A DNA stretch of 64,000 nucleotides, from IMG/VR virus record IMGVR_UViG_3300037840_000188, positions 1 to 64,000 of that record. The stretch is one strand, 5' to 3'. Position numbers and translations under genes: made by a program. The stretch is from a virus. Positions 56,671 to 64,000 of the stretch are shown here, piece by piece. Within the stretch, counting starts at the first letter, position 1, and each line of letters begins with the position of its first letter. The notes beneath the pieces are model-generated. The model did no database searches and had not been told where the DNA came from. It worked only from the letters and a program-made list of their open reading frames with translations.

Positions 56671-57241
56671 GGAGATGTGTTTCTGCGAGCGACTGGAGTC
56701 GTAGTCCGCGCATTCGTTCGTGATCGGTCGGTGGCCTGCGGCTCACCAACGCCGTGCTGTATGGAATCGTTTCTTTCAGGTGTGCGGCCTTCCACCCCAG
56801 AAAGACATGCGACTGGTCGCTGATCTCGACGGCGCTCAACTTCCAGAATTTCTCTACAGTCTGGCGGATCAGATTAACGTCGGCACCTGAGAACTTTGAT
56901 AGATCGGGAGAGCGGAGCGCAATCGGTTTTTTTTGCGTGCGCCCGTAGTACGGCACTTCCTGCCAGGCAAAATCGCCTCTCTTTATCATGGCTTCCGTGA
57001 TCACCTTCAGGCGGCGCGGAGCTGGCCCCTGCGGAAGCTTGAAGTACTCCTGCCCGGTGATCGGCTCTCCATGCGTCAGAAACGCAGAGAAGTCGGCGTG
57101 AAACAAAAGCTTGTTGAGTTTTATTGCTCCGAACTTCGGATCGGCCTGGCACCACTCCGCGATCAGCAGAATCAACTCCTGGAGCTTCTCGTCGTTCGGG
57201 CGGTGTCGGTGTCGTGGTGTCGGTGTCGTGGTGGGCGGCAT
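56657..57241 (-). CDS. Panacea (DUF4065/SocA-like) antitoxin
   Basis: KLNKLLFHADF..GEPITGQEY..LPQGP..SA..ISDQSH...W...IPY. Confidence 0.85.
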   Translation of the reverse strand: MPPTTTPTPRHRHRPNDEKLQELILLIAEWCQADPKFGAIKLNKLLFHADFSAFLTHGEPITGQEYFKLPQGPAPRRLKVITEAMIKRGDFAWQEVPYYGRTQKKPIALRSPDLSKFSGADVNLIRQTVEKFWKLSAVEISDQSHVFLGWKAAHLKETIPYSTALVSRRPPTDHERMRGLRLQSLAETHLRAHG

Positions 57242-57335
57242 GGCTGGTGCCTTCCTTGATTCAAGTATAACGTGATTGTCAATTGATACGTAAAGTCCGT
57301 GGACTCATTGTCATCGGGATGATCTGATTATCCAG

Positions 57336-57554
57336 ATGAGCAAGCGACGCGAAGCGCAAATTCAAAAGCGCTTCGGGCAACGAGTTCGGGCATTACGAAA
57401 AGAGAAAGGGCTTTCCCAGGAGGCGCTGGCCCTCGCCTGTGACCTTGACCGCACGTACGTCGGCGGAGTGGAGCGCGGCGAACGAAATATCAGCCTCATC
57501 AACATCTACAAAATTGCCGAAGCCCTCGGTATTGATGCAAAGGAACTGTTTTGA
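57336..57554 (+). CDS. XRE HTH, R-M controller (C protein)-like
   Basis: [41 protein letters not shown]. Confidence 0.88.
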   Translation: MSKRREAQIQKRFGQRVRALRKEKGLSQEALALACDLDRTYVGGVERGERNISLINIYKIAEALGIDAKELF

Positions 57555-58261
57555 CATCGCGGGCTTCGAAGCTTCCCAAAGAACTCTTGGCACGTATCGA
57601 AGCCGTCACGGCCAAACGCGCCAGATTTGTCTTGGACGGCATTGTGAAGAACGGCAAACTCACCACGGAGCAGATCAATCAGGCAGGCTATGATCATCCG
57701 CCTCGGGCCGTGCAGGACGCCAAGGACCTCGGGTTCAGGATCAAACGCACCACCGTAAAGCACACGAACGGACGATCTATCGCCGCCTATGAATTCGATG
57801 AAGGCGAACTGGACCCAAGCAAAGCAGGACGCCGCGCTATTCCGAAAAAAGAAAGAGACGAAATCATTCATGCCGCTGGTGACAAGTGCCAGATTTGCAA
57901 TGCCGTACACAATTTACAGGTAGATCACCGCATCCCCTACGAGGTGGCCGGTGAAGCCTCGGCAGCCGAAGCGCATCCATTTCAGGTTCTTTGTGGTTCC
58001 TGTAACCGCAAAAAGTCCTGGGCCTGCGAACACTGCCAAAACCGCCTTGAAATAGTTGACCCAAAAATTTGCCGTTCCTGCTATTGGGCAGGTGCGACAG
58101 CCTACACTCATATCGCCATGCAGGAGCAGCGTCGCGCCGATGTTGTGTGGACTGCGGGTGAAGTGCGAGACTTTGAGCGGTTGCATTACACCGCAAAGAG
58201 CCACGATAGAAGCGTGCCGGATGAAATTAAGGTGATCGTGAAAAAGGTGTTAGGCAAATAG
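57551..58261 (+). CDS. HNH endonuclease, putative restriction enzyme
   Basis: [21 protein letters not shown]; overlaps C gene and converges on MTase. Confidence 0.8.
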   Translation: MTSRASKLPKELLARIEAVTAKRARFVLDGIVKNGKLTTEQINQAGYDHPPRAVQDAKDLGFRIKRTTVKHTNGRSIAAYEFDEGELDPSKAGRRAIPKKERDEIIHAAGDKCQICNAVHNLQVDHRIPYEVAGEASAAEAHPFQVLCGSCNRKKSWACEHCQNRLEIVDPKICRSCYWAGATAYTHIAMQEQRRADVVWTAGEVRDFERLHYTAKSHDRSVPDEIKVIVKKVLGK

Positions 58262-59200
58262 AACTGACTGATGCTGCACCGTCGCGAAATCCCGAAGTGA
58301 AAGAGACGCTGGCTTTTCGCTGATGGGGAGCACATGGGACACATACAGAGACTCGACCGTAACGTCGTCACGGCCATTGAGAGTCGCCTGGCTGGAACGC
58401 CCGACATCTAGGAGAATTCGCCGGGCTACTGTCTCGGGAAGCGGCTCGCCATAATCGGTTTCCCCGCAGGAGCCGTCATAGCTGAGGATGAACGGAATTC
58501 GCCGTTCGTTCAGTATTGACAACCCTTTGATCATCTGATCACGGCTGACACCGGCGATGTATCGCCGGTCACGACCGCCGCTTGTTCCCTGATAGGGAGG
58601 GTCCAGATAGTAAAAATCTCCCTCTTGCGCCCACGAAAACAAGGTTGAAAAATCAGCGTGCATCGCCTGGCATTTTCCAGCGAGTAGTCGATGCGCCGCG
58701 AATAGTTCCGCCTTCATCGTTTTAGGCTTCGTGCCGGTGCGCCGTTTGTCGGGTGACTGATTGAAGTCTCCAGCAGGGTTGAAGCGAACAGCATTCTTGA
58801 CGCACCGCGCAAGCAGGTACAGCAATTTTGCGGGATGTCGATCCGCGTTAAACTCTGATCGGATTTCGTAGTATGCGTCGATGGGTTTAGAGCGCTCCCT
58901 TTGCCAGAGCGCCTCATACTGCCGCGCGACTGGACCCGGATCGTCAATAATCGACTGCCACAGGCGAATTAGCGGTTCGAGTGCATCTCCCACGATGTAA
59001 GAGCGAAATGTCTTGTGATAAGCCGCCGCCAGCGTAACAGCAGAGGAACCGGCGAATGGCTCAATCAGCCGGAAGTATTGGTTCGGAGGGACGTGGCTGA
59101 GAATCGCTGTTGCTAGTCTTCGTTTACTTCCCTGATACGGAATGGGGTGAGGAACGGAAAACCGCGATCTGTCCATCGGATACTGGCTCCTATGATACAC
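58250..59200 (-). CDS. Dam-like (D12 class) N6-adenine DNA methyltransferase
   Basis: PYQGSK, IEPFAGS, YLDPPY, FILSY. Confidence 0.9.
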   Translation of the reverse strand: MYHRSQYPMDRSRFSVPHPIPYQGSKRRLATAILSHVPPNQYFRLIEPFAGSSAVTLAAAYHKTFRSYIVGDALEPLIRLWQSIIDDPGPVARQYEALWQRERSKPIDAYYEIRSEFNADRHPAKLLYLLARCVKNAVRFNPAGDFNQSPDKRRTGTKPKTMKAELFAAHRLLAGKCQAMHADFSTLFSWAQEGDFYYLDPPYQGTSGGRDRRYIAGVSRDQMIKGLSILNERRIPFILSYDGSCGETDYGEPLPETVARRILLDVGRSSQATLNGRDDVTVESLYVSHVLPISEKPASLSLRDFATVQHQSVLFA

Positions 59201-59260
59201 AAAGTCATCACGCCGATTCTATCGACGCTTTCCGCGTGAAGGTTTAGGATAAGGCGACCT

Positions 59261-60256
59261 TCAGGCGACCGCCGCTTCCGAATTGTCTGTTGGCGCGGGC
59301 GGTACCTTTCCGGTCAACTGATCGAACATCAGGCGCTTGCCAACGATCCCCTTGACAGCCAAATCGAACCGCTCCGCGTCCGTCAGGTGACGGTGATTGA
59401 ACCGATAGGCTTGCTCATCGAGATAGCGGAAAAGGTGGAACGGCTCAACCGAAACATACGTGCCGTGCAGCCCGCGCTTGAGCAGGCTCCAGAAGTTCTC
59501 GCACCCGTTCGTGTGGACAGCACCGCGAACATATTCAACCGCATGATCTACGACCTGGTGGCGAAACTCATCCAGCCCTTCATAAGACTTCAGCGAGTCG
59601 GTGAACAGCGCGGAGCCAGCCGCCACGTGTTCGCGCACTTCAGCCTGAAGCGCCTTCTTCTTCCGGTTCGATACGACCTTCGTGCGGATCTGACTTGGCT
59701 TCCCATCCTTGCCGCGCTCCAGAATGCCCATGACCATAGTTTTGTCTTTGCCACCCGTGCCGGTGATCTTCACGGCTCGCACATCCTTGTGCATATTACG
59801 TGCCTTCTGCCCGATAAAAGTCTCATCTGCTTCAACTTCTCCGGTCAGTTTGTCGGGCGCTTCCATACCGAATGCGACGCGGATTCTGTGATCCAAAAAC
59901 CACGCAGTCTTTTGAGTGACGTTCAGGGCGCGGGCGATCTCGCAGCTTGAGATGCCGTTTTTGCAGTTGCTCACCATCCAGGTAGCCGTCAGCCACTTGT
60001 CCAGCCCGAGCGGGGAGTCTTCGTAAATCGTTCCGGTCTTCAGGGAGAACTGACGCTGGGAGTGCTTGTTACGGCACTGCCAGCGGCTCTGGTTCGCCAG
60101 GAATATCACATCGGCACAGCCGCAGGTCGGACACGTGACGCCGTTGGGCCAGCGCCGCGCTACTACGTACTCCCGGCAGTTGTCGGGATTTGCGAAGTAA
60201 ACGATGGCTTCCTGTAGGCTGGTTGGCTCTTGTTCCATGCCTTTATTATCAGGCAT
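59261..60256 (-). CDS. IS1595 family transposase
   Basis: RWPNG.CPTCG Zn ribbon, HTH VTQKTAW, VEADET, TD, HTNGCENFWS. Confidence 0.95.
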   Translation of the reverse strand: MPDNKGMEQEPTSLQEAIVYFANPDNCREYVVARRWPNGVTCPTCGCADVIFLANQSRWQCRNKHSQRQFSLKTGTIYEDSPLGLDKWLTATWMVSNCKNGISSCEIARALNVTQKTAWFLDHRIRVAFGMEAPDKLTGEVEADETFIGQKARNMHKDVRAVKITGTGGKDKTMVMGILERGKDGKPSQIRTKVVSNRKKKALQAEVREHVAAGSALFTDSLKSYEGLDEFRHQVVDHAVEYVRGAVHTNGCENFWSLLKRGLHGTYVSVEPFHLFRYLDEQAYRFNHRHLTDAERFDLAVKGIVGKRLMFDQLTGKVPPAPTDNSEAAVA

Positions 60257-60286
60257 TTTGTCCGCTTAGTCAACTATATAATTACC

Positions 60287-60328
60287 CTTATCAGGGGTGC
60301 GCTCTGAATCCGACTGAGCTATATCTGC
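60287..60328 (-). pseudogene. tRNA-Ile(GAT) 5' part, interrupted by IS
   Basis: GCAGATA-TAGCTCAG..GAGC-G-CACCC-CTGATAAG; pairs with 55813-55857. Confidence 0.88.
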
Positions 60329-60333
60329 GAAAA

Positions 60334-60410
60334 TGGAGCCTCCGGCCTCGATTTGAACGGGCATCCTGCTGTTTACAAAACAGCCGCTCTACCATTGGAG
60401 CTACGGAGGC
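60334..60410 (-). tRNA. tRNA-Thr(TGT)
   Basis: GCTGT-TTTGTAA-ACAGC, CCA. Confidence 0.85.
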
Positions 60411-60411
60411 A

Positions 60412-60486
60412 TGGAGCGGAATCCGGGAGTTCAACCCGGCTGGCTTGTTTGGAAGACAAGTGCCTGAAGCGCTCGGCCAATCCCGC
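60412..60486 (-). tRNA. tRNA-Gly(TCC)
   Basis: CTTGT-CTTCCAA-ACAAG, U73, CCA. Confidence 0.82.
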
Positions 60487-60551
60487 GTATTTTTGACATC
60501 ACCAAATTTTCAAACATCAATCGCGCCGATAGTTCTGTCGGTCGCGCGAAA

Positions 60552-60630
60552 TGGTCGGGCATCTCAGATTCGAACTGAGGATCTCTCGGTCCCAAGCCGA
60601 GCGGATTAAACCAGACTTTCCCAATGCCCG
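60552..60630 (-). tRNA. tRNA-Pro(TGG)
   Basis: CTCGG-CTTGGGA-CCGAG, CCA. Confidence 0.9.
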
Positions 60631-60832
60631 AAATCAAAAGCCCCCGGTTTCTCTTTTGGAGATCCGAGGGCCTGGAAACTTTTAAAGTGCTGGAATCCAG
60701 GTCTACGGATCGTTCCTTGGCGTGCGCACACCCGCAAATGCGGTGGCGGGCTGCATCGCTTTCGGTTCTATCGCCGTATGGATTCGTCTTTGCACTGCAA
60801 GATCAGAATAGCACGAGAAGGCTAACTGTCAA
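60631..60832 (-). promoter_or_regulatory. promoter, leader ORF and terminator/antiterminator preceding the tRNA array
   Basis: TTGACA (60832-60827), TGc-TATTCT (60810-60805), 30-aa ORF 60795-60703, terminator GCCCTCGG..CCGGGGGC-TTTT. Confidence 0.6.
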
Positions 60833-60839
60833 GTGCTTT

Positions 60840-61509
60840 TTACCAATTCCCCCGCACATAATCGCGATACGTCCACTTCTGCCCCGTGATGTGATCATTC
60901 ACCTGATCATCGCGCTCGCGAACGGTTCTGCGCTTGTCGCCGCGCATGCCGCTTCCGATCTGTTGTTTGCGGTCGGCAGCCGTAGCAGCAACCGCGCGCT
61001 CCCTCTCTGCACTCCACAGTCGCGAAGTAAGCAGAGCGAGCGCCAGTTCTTTATTCCTGAACTGCGAGCGCTCGGCTTCGGAGCGCACCATCAGTCCAGT
61101 GGGGATATGTGTTAGCTGGACGGCTGTCTCGACCTTGTTGACGTTCTGCCCGCCTGCGCCTCCTGCACGGCAAGTCTGCCAATGAAGGTCTCTGGGATTG
61201 ATCGAGAATTGAGCCTGAGTCGGCTCGGGAAGGACAGCTACCGTGATTGTGGAGGTGTGGACGCGGCCACGCTTTTCGGTAGGCGAGACACGCTGCCATC
61301 GGTGGCCGCCCGCTTCGTCAGCAAAACAAGACCGGGATCGCTCAGCCACCGCTTCTGTGACTCGTAGAACCGAAAGGCCGGGACGCTCTTCGATGACTTG
61401 AGTGTTAAAGCCCCCTCCGTATGCACCTCTTCAGGTAAATGGAGAGTTGGGTCTCGACGAGCATTTTCGCGTCTAAGCCGCCCTCTGCGGCGCGGATTTC
61501 TATGATCAT
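60840..61509 (-). CDS. class I peptide chain release factor homologue, +1 programmed frameshift
   Basis: ORF1 61509-61405 (IEIRAAEGG) then GGAGG-GGG-CTT-TAA-C; +1 frame has [33 protein letters not shown]. Confidence 0.85.
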
Positions 61510-61543
61510 AATTTCAGTTTACTCCTCGGGTTTGCCTTCCCAT

Positions 61544-61768
61544 TCATTTCCTCATCGCCTCCGCAAGTGAAGTCCATGGCGTATCTCCGTGCCAGTACAT
61601 CTTCCCGCCCTTCGATCCTTCGCGGTCGCTTCGGCGCATTTGCGGCGCTGGGTCTTCAGATCGGTTTGCTTGATATCGATACTGGCGACTCCACAGGCGC
61701 TTACTGAACTTCTCGCTTTTCGCGGTAGTGATGCCAGTGATAGGAGTATGGCGTGTGCTGCGGGACAT
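61544..61768 (-). CDS. small basic hypothetical protein
   Basis: MSRS.R.TPI...SEK..KR; TACAAT just upstream. Confidence 0.55.
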   Translation of the reverse strand: MSRSTRHTPITGITTAKSEKFSKRLWSRQYRYQANRSEDPAPQMRRSDREGSKGGKMYWHGDTPWTSLAEAMRK

Positions 61769-61785
61769 GATGATTCAATTGTAAA

Positions 61786-61862
61786 TGGCGGGGGTGACAC
61801 GGTTCGAACGTGCAGCACCTGGGTTTGGAAGCCAGTGGCAATACCTATATGCCCTCACCCCC
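61786..61862 (-). tRNA. tRNA-Trp(CCA)
   Basis: CTGG(C)-TTCCAAA-(C)CCAG; G73; CCA. Confidence 0.78.
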
Positions 61863-61868
61863 CCCGCA

Positions 61869-61947
61869 TAGTAGGCCCGGTGGGACTTGAACCCACAATA
61901 AACAACCGCTTTTGAGACGGCGGAGTCTGCCATTCCTCCACGGGCCT
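61869..61947 (-). tRNA. tRNA-Leu(CAA)
   Basis: GCCGT-CTCAAAA-GCGGT; short variable arm; ends CTA. Confidence 0.75.
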
Positions 61948-61954
61948 GGAAAAT

Positions 61955-62037
61955 TGGTGGACGTGCACGGAATCGAACCGCATTTGCCCGAAGGCGTCCG
62001 GTTTACAGCCGGGTGGAGACCATTCCCCATCACGTCC
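61955..62037 (-). tRNA. tRNA-Tyr(GTA)
   Basis: CCGG-CTGTAAA-CCGG; variable arm GCC-TTCG-GGC; CCA. Confidence 0.88.
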
Positions 62038-62038
62038 A

Positions 62039-62114
62039 TGGCGGAGTCGGAGTGATTCGAACACTCAATTGCTTTCGCAATCACGCCTTAGCGGGGCGCT
62101 GCAATACCGTTCTG
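62039..62114 (-). pseudogene. tRNA-Ser(GCT) missing its 5' acceptor strand
   Basis: GCGCC-CCGCTAA-GGCGT, long variable arm, G73-CCA; 5' end replaced by transposase sequence. Confidence 0.75.
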
Positions 62115-62762
62115 GGGGTTACTCAGAAGACGGCGTGGTTTATGTTGAGTCGGATTCGCCTCGCAATGCAGGACGATCTCACGGGAGGAAACCTTGGCGG
62201 CGAAGTCGAAGTGGACGAAACCTACATCGGCGGCAAGGCGCGCAACATGCATGCATCGGCCCGTCTTCGTCGGCACATCGGGACGGGCGGTGAAGGCAAG
62301 ACGGTAGTTCTCGGGATTTTGGAACGCGCGAGCGGGAAGAAACCGAAGCGCATCCGCGCTACCGTCATTTCGGATCGCAAGAAAGCGACGATTCAGCCTG
62401 AGGTGGCCGGACAAGTCGAGCGCGGCTCGAAAGTCTATACTGACGACTTCGCACATACGTGGAGAATGGAAGATCGCTTTGAGCATGAGATGGTCAACCA
62501 TCTCGACAAGTACGTCTCTGGCAACTGCCATACAAATTCGCTTGAGAATTTTTGGTCCTTGCTCAAGCGGTCCGTTGGCGGAACTTACATCAGCGTGGAA
62601 CCGTTCCACCTGTTTCGTTACGTCGATGAACAGGCGTTCCGGTTTAACAACCGGCTCATGGACGACGCTACGCGCTTCGTGATTGGCATGACTCAGATCG
62701 TCGGACGCCGCTTGACGTATGCTCAGTTGACTGGGAAAGCAGAGGTTGTTCAACATGGCTGA
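62112..62762 (+). pseudogene. IS1595 transposase lacking N-terminal Zn ribbon
   Basis: begins at LGVTQKTAWFM; VEVDET, YTD, HTNSLENFWS. Confidence 0.85.
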
Positions 62763-63000
62763 CGGGCGGGAGACACAATTACCAGAATCCGCAACGCCAA
62801 GGGCGCGGGAAGCGCATGGACCGCCATCTAATCGAACTCGCTTCGAGGCTACGCCGGAATTTAAAACGTTCAGGCGCGGCATGAAGAAACTCCTGATGGT
62901 TCCGAAGGCGGCACTGGATGCGCGAGTGAAGGCTGCGAAAGAGGCGTCGCCCCGGGTTGGAAATCCGAAGGCGGCGGGACGTAAGAAAAAGAGTGGATAA
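62755..63000 (+). CDS. small IS1595-associated protein
   Basis: EFKTFRRGMKKLLMVPKA; resembles 56179-56367. Confidence 0.55.
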   Translation: MADGRETQLPESATPRAREAHGPPSNRTRFEATPEFKTFRRGMKKLLMVPKAALDARVKAAKEASPRVGNPKAAGRKKKSG

Positions 63001-63910
63001 GACAGAGAACCCCAAAGACCCAGCCGATCAGGGCGACAATTCCGCCTTCCGCAACCAACTTCCCATCATTGCCGCAGTAGCCACCGATGCAGCAGAACAA
63101 ACCACAGGCACCCGCGAACGAAAGAATGATTCCAAAGACAAGCCAGGTCCAGTTAGGCTGGCTTGGTACTTCGTCAAAGACCCTAGTCATTCTGGCGCGG
63201 TCATGGCGATATTCACTGTTTTGCTTTTTCTCGTTAACGCTGGCTATATGGTGATATCTGGCTTGACCCTCAAGAATATGGGTCAGCAATTGACTGTGAT
63301 GAAACAGTCCACGCAAGCCGCCAGAGACGCCGCCGAGATTGCGCTTGCCGCGAATAGACCGCTGCTTAGATTGAAACTCAGTGTCGGCCATTTTACGGTT
63401 GAGCAAGACGGCAGTATAAGAGTGAATGTCGTTCCGCAGGTTCAGAACACCGGCAACGCGTTGCCCATAGCCACTGATCTCGCCGTATTTGCCGATGTCC
63501 CCAGTATGAGTGTGATGGACACGAACGAATACGGAGCGGACAGCCCCGAAGAAATTGCTAACCGACTTCGAGAACGTTGCCGAAAGACCCCGACTTCGGA
63601 GCGCAGCATGATCCCTCTCACTGTCATATTTCCCAACAGCCCACCAGCGGACCTTCGGCCCGATGGCGAAGAGATAGCCATCGATCTCATCAAGGCGCGC
63701 GGGAAAAGCATCGAAGGACGCTTTCAATTCGTGGTAATGGTTTATGGATGTATCACGTATTCCTACCCCGACAGATCCACCTTTCATAGGACAGGAATCG
63801 CCTACCAACTTCACACGGTCGGGTACCACCCGCTCAAGTCGATGACCGAGTACACCGCGACCGACTTGCAGTTGGAGCCTTGGGGATTCCACTCCGACTT
63901 CGCGGATTAA
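62957..63910 (+). CDS. IS passenger single-TM membrane protein (start uncertain)
   Basis: TM AIFTVLLFLVNAGYMVI, then RP..V.NTG..A..G.I.Y domain. Confidence 0.55.
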   Translation: MEIRRRRDVRKRVDKTENPKDPADQGDNSAFRNQLPIIAAVATDAAEQTTGTRERKNDSKDKPGPVRLAWYFVKDPSHSGAVMAIFTVLLFLVNAGYMVISGLTLKNMGQQLTVMKQSTQAARDAAEIALAANRPLLRLKLSVGHFTVEQDGSIRVNVVPQVQNTGNALPIATDLAVFADVPSMSVMDTNEYGADSPEEIANRLRERCRKTPTSERSMIPLTVIFPNSPPADLRPDGEEIAIDLIKARGKSIEGRFQFVVMVYGCITYSYPDRSTFHRTGIAYQLHTVGYHPLKSMTEYTATDLQLEPWGFHSDFAD

Positions 63911-64000
63911 CCGGCCTGTCACGCCGACTATAACTATTGCCGTCATCGCCAGTAAAGTCAAGTATATTATTACCAAAAAAAGGCCCCTGTGCTCCGTGAG

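Larger units (their letters stand above)
55858..60286 (-). mobile_element. IS1595-family element with passenger genes (4429 bp)
   Basis: 22-bp TIRs GGTAATTATATAGTTG(G/A)CTAAG at 55858 and 60286; 8-bp TSD CTTATCAG at 55850-55857 and 60287-60294; ISXO2-like transposase. Confidence 0.93.
62112..63974 (+). mobile_element. left-truncated IS1595-family element
   Basis: transposase fragment plus right TIR AGTCAAGTATATTATTACC (63956-63974), 17/19 identical to the TIR of the first IS. Confidence 0.75.

Noticed and set aside
57200-57238. GGTGTC/GGTGTCGT repeats as a second GG array
   Set aside because: The period is 6-9 nt rather than 5, and it encodes the low-complexity N-terminus (TTTPTPRHRHR) of the Panacea protein.
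55858-60286. Group I/II intron in tRNA-Ile
   Set aside because: TIRs, an 8-bp TSD and a DDE transposase identify an IS; no ribozyme core was recognised.
62870-63976. 368-aa minus-strand ORF
   Set aside because: Antisense to a more protein-like plus-strand passenger gene and starts inside the TIR.

Overview
This window is a segment of a large tailed-phage or prophage genome with podovirus-like structural genes. The host cannot be determined from sequence alone. Layout: (i) 1-19.3 kb, + strand: early/replication and accessory genes (SMC-like ATPase, RNase AS-like exonuclease, MazG-like protein, DUF1643, SF2 helicase, VRR-NUC, Fic, ThyX) and a PspA-like/OmpA-SBP/ABC transporter operon. (ii) 19.3-28.1 kb, - strand: lysis genes and small secreted or virion proteins. 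(iii) 28.5-39.7 kb, + strand: glycosyltransferase/methyltransferase cluster. (iv) 39.7-52 kb, - strand: ejection, tail and adaptor proteins. (v) 52.6-62.1 kb, - strand: an array of about 26 tRNA genes, containing two HNH genes, a release-factor gene with an RF2-type +1 frameshift, an attenuator-like leader, and two IS1595-family elements. One IS is intact, sits in the anticodon of tRNA-Ile and carries a C-protein/HNH/Dam R-M module plus a Panacea TA pair. The most striking signal is a stand-alone Cas7/RAMP-like gene (10946-11554) followed directly by a non-coding array of 17 NN-GGN pentamers ending in a hairpin. Reading only the variable NN dinucleotides gives a gapped match (2 bases read, 1 skipped, i.e. 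codon positions 1+2) to the gene about 0.9 kb upstream (10634-10677; 25/28 nt). This suggests a minimal RNA-guided system using a non-contiguous code. Product calls come from motif recognition by eye; no database searches were run.
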